NCBI GenBank assembly: GCA_026709505.1
Contig: JAPOSW010000120.1
Coordinates: 1,680 to 65,679 of the forward strand
Direction of reading: 5' to 3'
DNA from: Gammaproteobacteria bacterium
GTDB taxonomy: Bacteria; Pseudomonadota; Gammaproteobacteria; Arenicellales; Poriferihabitantaceae
Length of the DNA: 64,000 nt
The number at the start of each line of letters is the position of its first letter. Positions within the stretch are counted from its first letter, which is position 1. Below the pieces are notes generated by a model. The model was not told the DNA's origin, searched no databases, and was given only the letters and a program-made list of their open reading frames with translations. A program made the translations under genes and the position numbers. Below, in pieces: positions 1-10,787 of this stretch.

Positions 1-1574
1 ATCAAGGACATATCCTGTTTGGAGTCTTCTGCTGAAGCCAGTTGTCTTTCGAGTTCCGGAATGCGCCAATGCTGAAATTCGGCCATTCGCTCCAGATCCC
101 TGCTTCGCTCGGCCTGCTCCAATTCAATACGAGCACGGTCAAGCTGTTCGCGGATATGCTGACTTCCCTGGACAGCAGATTTCTCGATTTTCCATGCTTC
201 CTCAAGGTCCGCATATTCTTTCTCCAGATTGCGAATCTCTGATTCCAGATCCATTCTCCGCCTTTGGGTTGCCTCATCCGTTTCCTTCTTCAAAGCCTCA
301 TGCTCTATTTTCAAAAGAATCAACCGTCTATCCAGACGATCCAAGGATTCGGGCTTGGAATCAATTTCCATGCGAATACGGCTAGCCGCCTCATCAACCA
401 GATCAATTGCCTTGTCAGGTAACTTACGATCGCTGATATACCGGTGAGATAGGCTGGCAGCCGCTACAATAGCCGGATCAGTGATTGTTACGCTATGGTG
501 CACTTCATAACGCTCTTTCAATCCGCGCAATATGGCAACCGTGTCTTCAACAGTAGGTTCATCGACCAATACCTTTTGAAACCGACGCTCCAGAGCCGCA
601 TCTTTTTCGACGTATTTACGATATTCATTCAGTGTAGTAGCCCCTACACAATGCAACTCTCCACGTGCAAGTGCAGGCTTCAACATGTTGCCGGCATCCA
701 TGGAGCCTTCGGCTTTGCCTGCCCCGACTACGGTGTGCAGCTCATCGATAAACAGAATAACCTGTCCTTCCTGTTTGGATAAATTCTGAAGTACGCCTTT
801 CAGCCTTTCCTCGAACTCTCCCCTGAATTTGGTGCCGGCCAGCAATGCACCGAGATCAAGGGACAACACCCGTTTGTTGCGAACGCCCTCAGGAACCTCG
901 CTTTTTACAATCCGTTGTGCCAAGCCTTCAATGATTGCGGTCTTGCCCACACCGGGCTCTCCAATCAGAACCGGATTGTTTTTGGTTCGTCTTTGCAGTA
1001 CTTGAATCGTTCTGCGTATCTCATCATCACGCCCAATGACAGGATCGAGCTTGCCCTGTTCCGCACGCTCAGTAATATCAACAGTATATTTCTCGAGTGC
1101 CTCGCGGTTCTCCTCGGCACTTTGGCTGTCAACTGTTTCACCGCCTCGAATCTGGTCAATGACTGATGCAACCAGTGTTTGTGAAGCACCCGCACTTCGC
1201 ATCAGTTTTCCCAGTTCACCCTGGTCTGAGACTGCTGCCAGAACAAACATTTCAACAGAGATAAACTGATCCCCCCGATCCTGAGAAAGCCTGTCGCAAA
1301 CATTCAACATCTTCACAAGCTGATTCGAAAAGCTTATTTCTCCTTCATTGCCTTCAATCCGTGCAAACCGATCAACAATATCGCCCAAGCCCGAACGCAG
1401 TCTGTTTACATCGACTCCACCTCTGGAAAGAAAGCCGCTGACTCCCTTGTCTTGATCAAGGAGTGCCAGCATTACATGGACTGGTTCCACAACGGCATGA
1501 CTCCGGCCTATCGCAAGGCTCTGGGCATCGGATAAAGCGATCTGAAATCGGTTGGTAAATTTATCGATTCGCAT
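1..1574 (-). CDS. clpB: ClpB disaggregase (AAA+ chaperone), N-terminal ~524 codons; the gene continues past the left window edge
   Basis: Not in the ORF track because no stop lies inside the window. My translation of the minus strand from ATG at 1574..1572 gives [39 protein letters not shown]. It continues through Walker [26 protein letters not shown], Walker [42 protein letters not shown] and a coiled-coil middle domain. The frame stays open to position 3. Confidence 0.9.
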   Translation of the reverse strand, partial: MRIDKFTNRFQIALSDAQSLAIGRSHAVVEPVHVMLALLDQDKGVSGFLSRGGVDVNRLRSGLGDIVDRFARIEGNEGEISFSNQLVKMLNVCDRLSQDRGDQFISVEMFVLAAVSDQGELGKLMRSAGASQTLVASVIDQIRGGETVDSQSAEENREALEKYTVDITERAEQGKLDPVIGRDDEIRRTIQVLQRRTKNNPVLIGEPGVGKTAIIEGLAQRIVKSEVPEGVRNKRVLSLDLGALLAGTKFRGEFEERLKGVLQNLSKQEGQVILFIDELHTVVGAGKAEGSMDAGNMLKPALARGELHCVGATTLNEYRKYVEKDAALERRFQKVLVDEPTVEDTVAILRGLKERYEVHHSVTITDPAIVAAASLSHRYISDRKLPDKAIDLVDEAASRIRMEIDSKPESLDRLDRRLILLKIEHEALKKETDEATQRRRMDLESEIRNLEKEYADLEEAWKIEKSAVQGSQHIREQLDRARIELEQAERSRDLERMAEFQHWRIPELERQLASAEDSKQDMSL

Positions 1575-1626
1575 ACAGTTTATTACGACTTGTGTCGAGT
1601 TCCGCTACTCTTCAAACAATTCAACA

Positions 1627-1655
1627 TATGTGGGGAGATTGGAACGAAGTTCAAG
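1627..1655 (-). promoter_or_regulatory. Sigma-32 (heat-shock) type promoter upstream of clpB
   Basis: The minus strand reads CTTGAA-cttcgttccaatct-CCCCACATA, about 50 nt upstream of the clpB ATG. This matches the remembered E. coli sigma-32 consensus CTTGAA-N13-15-CCCCATnT. Confidence 0.55.
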
Positions 1656-2084
1656 ATAGCACATAATACTTTTCACGAACCCTGACAGGTGAAAAAACGC
1701 GTCATTTCTCCTGGCTTAATATGTGAGGTTCATGGGAAATAGGCGGTGTCTCTTTACAGCAGTCTTGCTACTGATCGGGCGGGGCACTGGGATATCATCA
1801 TTAAAAGAGCTGTTGCCAATCCCCGCATGACCTGATTACGTAACATGAGGAATTTTATTGAATTACAGGCAGTAACGTAATAGATATTCAATGACCTTGA
1901 ACCACTGGTACAAGCTTTGAACGCTGCCTCAAAGGACACCTTTGAGGTGGCCTGTGCAGAACCTTGCATCTGCTTGGGTAGCCCTACCATGCCTACTTGG
2001 CAGGGGCTAATCTTCAATGATTCGTCTTTTTTGCATAATGGAGCAATATCTCGTATTGCCTCTTGGAGCCTTTAACCAAAACAG

Positions 2085-2758
2085 ATGCAGAAAATGAAGC
2101 TAATAATGAGAACACCCCTCATCAAATTAGCGGTCGGTTTGTTTCTGTCGGGTATGGCATTGCCAGCGGTGGCTTGCCTTCACGACGATAATCCATGTGT
2201 GTATAGTTCAGATGGTGGCAGGATTTCCGACAGTGCACACGTCGACAGTACCGCCTATGTTGGCCCGAATTCATGGGTTTGCGAGTACAGCCGGGTCTCC
2301 GATCAAGCCGTTCTCCGCAGTGTCTCAACCTATGGAAATGCCCATATTTATGGAAACGCACGATTGATTTCAGCGCGTATCGAGAGTATCTTTCAAGTTT
2401 ACGGAAACGCGAAAGTGATTGGGGCACGTGTCGTAGGCCGTGCTCGTGTTTATGACCGGGCAACAGTCATGAACAGCGCATCTGTTTCCGGTAGCGCAAA
2501 GATGTACGGGCGGCAAAAGTTACTGGAATCAACACAGAGGTTACAGACAACGCCGAAATTTATGGAACGGCGATTGTCGCCGACGGAGCCAAGATTATTG
2601 GAAGAAAGGTCAACTGCGGCCGCTGGGTCGGGATCACCGTGACCACCAACCAGACTGGCCAGTGCGGCAATAATGGTCAAAGCACAAATACCGAAGCCGA
2701 CGATCTGGGTTCAGTACCCAGCAATCCGATCAGCGAAGGTAATACGCAGTCTGAATGA
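2085..2758 (+). pseudogene. Secreted/lipoprotein-like repeat protein (tandem YGNA/YGTA beta-helix-like repeats) with a 1-nt frameshift
   Basis: ORF 2085..2642 has a signal peptide with a lipobox-like AVAC, followed by repeats YGNAHIYGNARLI..YGNAKVIGARVVGRARVY. After ..SAKMYG (about 2505-2512, sequence tacgggcggcaaaag) the repeat pattern continues only in another frame: AAKVTGINTEVTDNAEIYGTAIVADGAKIIGRKV...GNTQSE, stop at 2756..2758. Confidence 0.5.
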
Positions 2759-2815
2759 TCGAACATGAATGCCGCACTACAATTTGGGCGGCTTTCGGGT
2801 CTCTCTCTTTATACT

Positions 2816-3433
2816 CTAACAAACCTCATGGAACAGCGCTAACCATGTGCTAGTCAAGAGCCAAGTGGTGCAGGATGCTGCCGCTCCCCACCACAGATTC
2901 CTGCATACGTTCAACGCACTCGGTTCCTCATGGTACAGTTTGCACATGACCATGTTCCTGACGATATCCATTTTAGTTTTGTGAAGGTGTTGGCAAATCA
3001 CTGAATATTTTCCAACGTTTCCCCACATGGGCCTGTAACCATGATGCTCCGCTTCCTTCGGACAGGTCCCGCAGGACACAGTTCCCTGCCGTTATGAGAA
3101 CGTTCATATAACCGCCGTCAACAGTACTGTCAGACGTCCCTGAACAGCTGACGGAGGCCATGATGGTTCGAAGGAAGAAAAGTCCGTTCTGGTCATGGGC
3201 AACGAACGGCAATGAGTCCAGTCTGCATCACTGGTCAATCCTCTTCCAGTAGCTCGAATTGCTTCCGTCATTCCGGCTCCACGGGAAACCGTCATCGACT
3301 TCCCATTCTTGTCCATCAGACATTCAATGAACAATTGGCGGTTGATGTCCAGCCCTAAACGAGGTTCAAACGCCCGTTTTGCTTCCACGAGCAAATGACC
3401 AGACGCGTGTTCCAGACAAGATGATATCGACAT
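2816..3433 (-). mobile_element. Degenerate IS3-family (IS2/IS407-like) DDE transposase OrfB remnant spread over three frames
   Basis: Three adjacent minus-strand ORFs (3104..3433, 2973..3212, 2816..3079) join into weak matches to the remembered IS3 integrase-core C-terminus. HDQNGLFF resembles DNGpEF. NVLITAGNCVLRDLSEG resembles NafIESFNGrLRDEcLn. LYHEEPSALNVC resembles YN.eRPHSALgy. No intact frame remains. Confidence 0.4.
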
Positions 3434-3938
3434 ACGCTACGGTTTCGAATTTCGGCAGGCTAAAAACCGGGTGGTTTCTGGCCTCCGGCATTCGTCAATA
3501 GGCTTTTTGTTCCTTACGAGTAACTGATAGCGTGCTCATGTGAACCGGTTTTTTCAATTTGGGATCAACCTAGGATATACAAGCTTCTAATCCTGGGGCG
3601 CTTTTGCACACAAGCAACAGGATGCTGAATTCAAGGGAATCGAATTCCCCACCAGATCATCCATTTTATTGATGAGCATAACCTGCTCGGCGAGATGACC
3701 CATCTTCGCGGTGTTTACACAAACCTGATCGGCAACTTTATCCGCACAAAACCCGTAAGTTCTGCTGCTCGAACTTCAGGTCATTGGCCTGAACCATCAA
3801 AATACTACATGAACACAGCAATCGCTAAAATCAGGACAACGACCATCATCACCGCCGTGCTTAAGGCGATTGGAATAGAAAACAGTGTCTCGGACATTTT
3901 CACTGTCTCATTCGTGAAATTCTGATAGTTTAGATTGT

Positions 3939-5551
3939 TTATCCGTGGCTTTCATCATGATTGCAATCAATGGTCCCCTCCCTAATCAAGCAGTCCAGTC
4001 TTTTCGCCACAAGCTGCGCAAAAGGGAGAATATCCTGATCAGTACTGGCTCTCTCTAGAGCTTTCATGTACAGGCCGCGACCTTCAACCCTGATTACAGT
4101 CCATGGATATCCTCCGGATGCCAGCATCGCATTCATAACAAAGCGGCCCATGCGTCCGTTCCCATCCGGGTAGGGATGAATATATCCAAATAGCCAGTGT
4201 CCCAGCACTGCACGAACGGACGGTTCGGTTTCGTTCTCCAGAAGGTCGAAAAAAGCCCGCATCGCATCGCCAACCATCTCCTTGCGCGGAGGCACATGTC
4301 GCGACTCTCGAATATGCACAGCATGATTGCGATATCCCGCAAGCTCGGCTGCCTCGATCAGACCGGCCGTGACGCAAGGCAAAAACAATTCGCGATACCA
4401 TTCATTATGCTCCTCACGAATCAGGACTCCGGCACTAGCACCATTCAATATCCCGCTGACTGCTTCCCGCACGAGCCGAAATGACTGCCAGTAACCATGG
4501 GCTGCCAATGCATCTCGACTCTCTGTGTCCATGCGAATCGTGTCAGGATTCCAGTTTCCCGAACGTACTCGGTCGATTAGACCCGGCGTCACTCGGTAGC
4601 CTTCAATCGAAAGGGAATGATAGGCATCGCTCTGATAGATATTGTCAACACTGGACAAGTATGCTCCAGGGTCTTCGGGAAGGCCTGGTGGAACTGGAAA
4701 TGCATTGATCACCTGCTTCCGCATGGTCTTCCACAGAGATTGCAGGCGACCGACAATCGGCACCTGGATTCGACTGGGCAGATCGATAGTCTGAGTCGGA
4801 TCAAATGGATTAGCCTCATAGACAGCATAGCCAACGCGTCTCATGACATTCAAAATTTCCCTAGCTATGTCATCCCTGCCAATTGTGACGCAAGGCACCA
4901 GCCAGCCTTCCGGCAATCACAGAGTGGCCGCCCTCAAGCAAACGCCTGAGTATCCCATCTGCATTATGAATACCTGAAAGCATGACCTGCGCTTCAACTG
5001 GATTACGAGTAAAGAATGCCTCTGGTACAAGCACCAATGCCGCTTCAGGCGAAAACAAGCGTAGTTCGTCTCGACCCGTGAGGTCAGACTCCGGCGGCAT
5101 TTTTTTGCTTGAGGTCGAATATGGACGAGCCGAACAACAGATTGACGGTATTGTTAGCCCCCTTGGGCGAACAGACAATTACCTGTCTGGGAATAACGGT
5201 ATTTTCGGCATGAAGCAGTAACGATTGTTCGGGAGTCAGATGCCAGTCTCGCTCAAACCTTTCTGTACAATAATTCGTGCAGAACTCCCAAAAAGAAGCA
5301 AACCAGGGTGTGGTATCGTTAGGGTCCGCATCCGGGCTGGAAGAGATGAGCCAGCCTTTCATGACTGGACACAAAAACCCGTTTTTTATGAGCCGCTCGC
5401 GATGAGCACGCGATAACTCGCTGGACCGGAAAACCCGTCGTCCACGGCTTTGCAGTCTTTGAAACAGCGTCAACGAAGCAGCAAGTTTCTCATTGAGTCC
5501 GGTCATGCGTATGAAATCAAGCGCAAGCTTGCTCGATACTGGGCAAGGCAA
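3939..5551 (-). pseudogene. Fic/DOC-family protein (AMPylase-type) with an N-terminal wHTH-like region, broken into three reading frames
   Basis: Fic motif HPYPDGNGRMGRFVMNAM lies in ORF 3939..4916. ORFs 5084..5551 and 4870..5178 read as its N-terminal continuation in two other frames. One shift coincides with the T7 run near 5100..5106, the other lies near 4905..4920. Confidence 0.7.
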
Positions 5552-5892
5552 TAGACTTGTTTGCCGAATTCAATGTCAACGAAAATCTACAAGAGGCACA
5601 CCGCAACGATACTGGAGACAGTGACAGCCCAGCATAACAATGCCATGGCAACAAACCCTGCTGTCGATGGATCGTGCCAGCAATTCTGGGTTTGGCGGAA
5701 CCTCATGGACTTGGCTTTTATTTTGATGATATTAAGGCTTGAAACCCAAAACATAAAGTATTAATGCCTGAACCAGAACTGCTGGTCTCTCCATCCAATC
5801 ATGAAAGTCGAAAGGAGAATTACTATATAATCCATGCAGTGAATGATGACAGAATCAAGCAAGTACTCCAAACCCCTTGTAATGGATCGATT

Positions 5893-7281
5893 ATGACCAC
5901 TGAAATAGTGATTCTCGCTGGCGGGAGCGGCAAGCGCATGCTTTCCGGACGGCCGAAAGTGCTGCATATCCTGGGGGGACGCCCCTTGCTCCATCACATC
6001 ATTGAATCTTCATCGGCAGTCCAGCCGGACAAAATCAACATCGTGGTAGGAGGGACAACCAAAGACTTCATCGTCAACGAGGTGAGCCGACATCCTCTGA
6101 ATATGATGAACCCAAATACCGAAATTGCCTGGATAACCCAGCCTTTTCCCGAGGGGACCGGGCAAGCGGCATTGATTAGTGTTGAAAAAATTGATGATGA
6201 TGCTACCGTCATTATCCTGAATGGCGATATGCCACTGATAATGCCGGAAACGATTGCACGTACAGCCGAGGTTGGCGACAACCTGAACATGGTGACATGC
6301 AGTCTGGACAACCCGAAAAGCTATGGACGCATCCTGCGCACCAAGGACAATAAAATAAATGGCGTTATCGAAGAGCTGGATGCCACTGATTCACAGCGAG
6401 AAATCTCGGAAGTCAACGTCAACTGCTTCGGAGCAAAGGCAGCCTGGCTAAAAAAATGGCTGCCCAGTCTGAAAACCAGGAATGCCATGGGAGAATATTA
6501 CCTGACCGACATTGTCTCGATGGCGGCAGCCGATGGACATGATATTCAATGCATTGCTCCATTAGACCCGCAAGAAATACTTGGGGCCAACAATCATGTT
6601 GAACTCGCAAATATAGAGAGAATATACCAAAAAAGAGTTGCTACCCGGCTTATGAAGGAAGGGGTCAGCATTATGGACCCGACGCGCTTTGACATGCGTG
6701 GCATTCTTAAACATGGGCTCGATTGCCGAATCGATATTAATGTCATTCTTGAAGGCAAGGTCAGGATTGGGCACAATGTTTCGATCGGGGCAAATTCAAT
6801 CATAAGAAACAGCGTGATTGGCAATAATTCGGTCATCCTTGAAAACTCGATGATCGAAAATTCCATGGTAGGATCCCATTGCATGATTGGCCCGTATGCC
6901 CGAATCCGCCCCATATCACTGATTGGAGACCATGCCAGGATTGGCAACTTTGTGGAGATCAAGGAAAGCCTGATCGACAGCGAAACCAAAGCCAGCCATC
7001 TCTCCTATATCGGCAATGCACGGATAGGCAAGAATGTGAATATTGGCGCAGGAGTCATAACAGCCAATTACGATGGATCGGGCAAACACAAAACAACGAT
7101 TCAGGACAATGTGTTCATCGGCTCAGATAGCCAACTGGTAGCACCGCTGAACATCGGTGAAGGGGCAACAATAGGTGCTGGCAGCAGCATCACAAGAGAT
7201 GTTGACAGTAGATGCCTGGTCATTACCCGAGCCCAGCGCAAGTCCTTCCCAAACTGGCAGCGCGGCAAGCCGAAGAAGTGA
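5893..7281 (+). CDS. glmU: Bifunctional GlcNAc-1-P uridyltransferase / GlcN-1-P acetyltransferase
   Basis: MTTEIVILAGGSGKRM nucleotidyltransferase N-terminus (ATG at 5893) and C-terminal hexapeptide left-handed beta-helix repeats. glmS lies immediately downstream. The track ORF begins further upstream at 5764. Confidence 0.9.
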   Translation: MTTEIVILAGGSGKRMLSGRPKVLHILGGRPLLHHIIESSSAVQPDKINIVVGGTTKDFIVNEVSRHPLNMMNPNTEIAWITQPFPEGTGQAALISVEKIDDDATVIILNGDMPLIMPETIARTAEVGDNLNMVTCSLDNPKSYGRILRTKDNKINGVIEELDATDSQREISEVNVNCFGAKAAWLKKWLPSLKTRNAMGEYYLTDIVSMAAADGHDIQCIAPLDPQEILGANNHVELANIERIYQKRVATRLMKEGVSIMDPTRFDMRGILKHGLDCRIDINVILEGKVRIGHNVSIGANSIIRNSVIGNNSVILENSMIENSMVGSHCMIGPYARIRPISLIGDHARIGNFVEIKESLIDSETKASHLSYIGNARIGKNVNIGAGVITANYDGSGKHKTTIQDNVFIGSDSQLVAPLNIGEGATIGAGSSITRDVDSRCLVITRAQRKSFPNWQRGKPKK

Positions 7282-7331
7282 TAGTCTGAACTTGCCAGAC
7301 AATAACGCTCTCCTTGTTTTTCGGTCTCACG

Positions 7332-9164
7332 ATGTGCGGAATCATAGGCGCGGTATCCAACTCAAATGTTCTGCCGGTCTTGCTGGGCGGTCTGAAACGC
7401 CTCGAATATCGGGGCTATGATTCATCCGGTCTCGCTGTAATTAACGAACCGGGAAAGTTCCTGCGATTACGCGCACCGGGCAAGCTGGTTGAACTCGAGC
7501 GCGCCGTGAGCGCCAATGGCGAAATTAGCGGCCTGACCGGTATTGCGCACACTCGCTGGGCAACACACGGCCCGCCCACCGAACAAAACGCGCATCCCCA
7601 TATAAGCGGCGGTCGAATTGCTCTGGTCTGCAATGGCATCGTGGAAAACCATGAAGAGCTTCGAACCCTGCTGACCGACGAGGGGATGGAATTTCAGTCG
7701 GAAACCGATACCGAAGTCATCGTCAACCTCATCTTTCTGCATATGGATAAGGGTTCTGACTTCATGACGGCAGTCAGAACCTGCATAGGATCCTTGAAAG
7801 GTGCATTCGCACTGGGGATTGTGAATGCGGATGAGCCTGGGCGAATTATTGGTGCACGGCGCGGCTCACCCCTGATCGCAGGGATTGGCGAGGCCGGAGT
7901 CTACCTGGCATCGGACATTTCAGCGATGATCGCGCAAACACGCAAATTTATCGTGCTTGAGAATGGAGATATCGCTGACATACGCCAGGGGAAGATAGAA
8001 ATCACCAATCTGGATGGACAACTTCAGAACCGCGATACCCGAATCAGCGATTTGAAGCCACAAGCAATGGAGATTGGTGATTATCGCCATTACATGGAAA
8101 AGGAAATCTTCGAGCAGGGGCAAGCCGTGTCCGATACCCTTGAAGGACGGATTACCGCATCCCGGGTGCTTGAGGCCTGTTTTGGAACGGAGGCAGAGCG
8201 CATTTTCGACAAAACGGAAAATATACAGATCCTTGCTTGCGGCACCAGTTATCATGCGGGTCTGGTTGCAAAATACTGGCTTGAGAGTGTTGGCATGCCG
8301 TGCCAGGTCGAGATTGCCAGCGAATTCACCTCCCGCAAGCATCCTACTCCCAAAAACTGCCTGGTAGTCTCACTCTCCCAATCCGGTGAAACGATCGATA
8401 CCCTCACTGCCCTGGATTATGCGAAACACTGCGGTTACGCGCATTCCCTGGCCATCTGCAATGTCCCGGACAGTTCCCTGGTACGCAATTCGGAATTGAT
8501 CCTCATGACTCATGCTGGCCCGGAAATTGGTGTTGCATCCACCAAGGCATTTGTCACGCAATTGGTCGCATTGCGCCTGCTTTCGATCATTATGGCACGC
8601 AAGAATTCATCGAGCGACCTGGATGAAGCCGACTCCATTCGCGAATTAAGGGAACTTCCCGCCAATGTCGAATCCACCCTGGAATTGGAACCGGCAATTC
8701 AGGAAATTGCGCAACAGTTTGCGAACAAGCAGCATGCTTTGTTTCTGGCGCGAGGCATCCATTTTCCGATCGCCATGGAAGGCGCATTGAAACTGAAGGA
8801 AATCAGCTATGTGCATGCAGAAGCTTATGCCGCAGGTGAACTCAAGCACGGCCCATTGGCGCTTGTCGATCAGGATATGCCGGTGGTATCAGTAGCTCCT
8901 AACGATGCACAGCTTGACAAATTGAAAGGCAATATTGAAGAAGTTCGGGCACGTGGTGGAAAGCTGATCGTTTTTGCAGATTCCGAAACCCGATTGTCCA
9001 GCCGGGAAAATCTACAGGTCATAAACATAGCATCCGTGGAGAGTTCCATCGCCCCCATTATATTCACGATCCCATTGCAATTGCTCGCCTATCATGTCGC
9101 TTTGATCAAGGGCACTGATATCGACAAACCCAGAAATCTGGCAAAGTCGGTGACGGTTGAATAG
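7332..9164 (+). CDS. glmS: Glutamine--fructose-6-phosphate aminotransferase
   Basis: N-terminus MCGIIGAV (Cys2 nucleophile, ATG at 7332), RWATHG, two SIS domains, C-terminal ...LAKSVTVE. Confidence 0.95.
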   Translation: MCGIIGAVSNSNVLPVLLGGLKRLEYRGYDSSGLAVINEPGKFLRLRAPGKLVELERAVSANGEISGLTGIAHTRWATHGPPTEQNAHPHISGGRIALVCNGIVENHEELRTLLTDEGMEFQSETDTEVIVNLIFLHMDKGSDFMTAVRTCIGSLKGAFALGIVNADEPGRIIGARRGSPLIAGIGEAGVYLASDISAMIAQTRKFIVLENGDIADIRQGKIEITNLDGQLQNRDTRISDLKPQAMEIGDYRHYMEKEIFEQGQAVSDTLEGRITASRVLEACFGTEAERIFDKTENIQILACGTSYHAGLVAKYWLESVGMPCQVEIASEFTSRKHPTPKNCLVVSLSQSGETIDTLTALDYAKHCGYAHSLAICNVPDSSLVRNSELILMTHAGPEIGVASTKAFVTQLVALRLLSIIMARKNSSSDLDEADSIRELRELPANVESTLELEPAIQEIAQQFANKQHALFLARGIHFPIAMEGALKLKEISYVHAEAYAAGELKHGPLALVDQDMPVVSVAPNDAQLDKLKGNIEEVRARGGKLIVFADSETRLSSRENLQVINIASVESSIAPIIFTIPLQLLAYHVALIKGTDIDKPRNLAKSVTVE

Positions 9165-9437
9165 GCACATTGATCCAACATGGACTGCATTATCGGGCTC
9201 TTGTGAAATGAACACCTGCACCATTCGTTTCATGACTGTGCTATCATTTGATCAGCCTCCGGGTAGGCCGGGTAATGCGTTGTCCCGGTAGATGGTAGTC
9301 CTTTTCTTAAAAGGAGTTCGTACTGCATCGAGGTTAACGTCTCGTCCCGGAGGCACTCTTCCCGATGATCGCAAAACCCTCCGATTAGCAACACGTATTA
9401 TGCCTAGACTAAGTGCTCGGCAGTCTTCCGTCAGTCA

Positions 9438-9779
9438 ATGAGCTTGTATGCAAGAATTTACCAAATCGTTGCACAGATTCCGCACGGCAAGGTAATCAAT
9501 TATGGCAGCATCGCAAATGTGATCGGGTGTTCCGCCAGACAGGTCGGTTATGCCATGGCATCAATTCCCAATGACCTGGATCTGCCCTGGCATCGAGTCG
9601 TCAATTCAAGGGGCGAGATCAGCATGCGAAAACAGGGTCATGGAGACCTTGATCAAAAGCGCCTTTTGATTGAGGAAGGCGTGCTTTTTGACAGTACCGG
9701 ACGTATTGATCTGGAACATCACTGTTGGCGGATGAACCAGGATGTGCTTGACAGAGAAACGCTAGAAGCTTGCGGCTAG
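9438..9779 (+). CDS. Alkyltransferase-like (ATL) protein of the MGMT DNA-binding fold; active-site Cys replaced by Trp
   Basis: IPHGKVINYGSIANVIG...ARQVGYAM...LPWHRVVNSRGEIS. It has PWHRV instead of PCHRV, as in the YbaZ/Atl-type proteins I remember. Confidence 0.75.
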   Translation: MSLYARIYQIVAQIPHGKVINYGSIANVIGCSARQVGYAMASIPNDLDLPWHRVVNSRGEISMRKQGHGDLDQKRLLIEEGVLFDSTGRIDLEHHCWRMNQDVLDRETLEACG

Positions 9780-9794
9780 ACGATCGGACAGAGC

Positions 9795-10787
9795 ATGACT
9801 CCCACTATTGCAATCACCACCGGAGAACCTGCTGGAATCGGCCCCGATGTATGCGTGAAAGCAGCCATGCAGGCCCATGATGCCCACATCGTGTTTATTG
9901 CGGACCCAGCCATCATCGAAACAAGGGCCGCCCTGCTCGAAATTGATGTTGAAATCCGCGAGCATGAAATTGACAAGGATATGCCTAGACACCAGCCAGG
10001 GATAATGCAGATACTGTCGATCAAGGCGCCGTATCCTCCCGTTCCCGGCGAATTAAATCCGGGAAACGGTTCGTATGTTATCGAAATCATTGACAAGGCC
10101 GTTGACCTTTGCAAAACCGGTCATTGCGATGCCATGGTCACTGCATCGGTTCAAAAGAACGTAATCAATCAATCCGGCATACCTTTTACGGGCCATACCG
10201 AATGGATTGCCGACAGAACCGGTGCCAATCATCCGGTCATGATGCTGGCCAATCAAAAGCTCCGGGTTTGTCTCGCAACGATACATGTTCCACTTGCTCA
10301 AGTACCCAAATGCATTACCCGGGACAGCCTGTGCCGAGTCATCGAGATAATCCATTGCGATATGCAGAAGACGTTTGGACTGGAGAATCCCCGCATTGCT
10401 GTATGTGGATTGAACCCCCATGCCGGCGAGTCTGGACTTCTGGGCAGCGAAGAGATCGAGATTCTGGAACCTGCAATCGCCTCATTGCGGCAAGGAGGAA
10501 TATCCGTTGTTGGACCGATACCGGCTGATACTGCATTCACACCCCGAAACCTCGGCAATTGTGATGTTGTGCTTGCCATGTATCATGATCAGGGATTGCC
10601 GGTAATCAAGCACTCCGGATTTGGCGAAGTAGTCAACATCACGCTGGGACTGCCAATCATTCGCACTTCAGTAGATCACGGCACTGCGCTGGATCTGGCG
10701 GGCACAGGCAAAGCAGAGCATTCGAGCTTGTGTGCGGCTCTGGACATGGCCATCGATCTGTCAAGACGCAGATCTTCTCAAAATTGA
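9795..10787 (+). CDS. pdxA: 4-hydroxythreonine-4-phosphate dehydrogenase
   Basis: IAITTGEPAGIGPD N-terminus, FTGHTEW, GLNPHAGE and SVDHGTALDLAG motifs. Conserved pdxA-rsmA adjacency. Confidence 0.9.
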   Translation: MTPTIAITTGEPAGIGPDVCVKAAMQAHDAHIVFIADPAIIETRAALLEIDVEIREHEIDKDMPRHQPGIMQILSIKAPYPPVPGELNPGNGSYVIEIIDKAVDLCKTGHCDAMVTASVQKNVINQSGIPFTGHTEWIADRTGANHPVMMLANQKLRVCLATIHVPLAQVPKCITRDSLCRVIEIIHCDMQKTFGLENPRIAVCGLNPHAGESGLLGSEEIEILEPAIASLRQGGISVVGPIPADTAFTPRNLGNCDVVLAMYHDQGLPVIKHSGFGEVVNITLGLPIIRTSVDHGTALDLAGTGKAEHSSLCAALDMAIDLSRRRSSQN

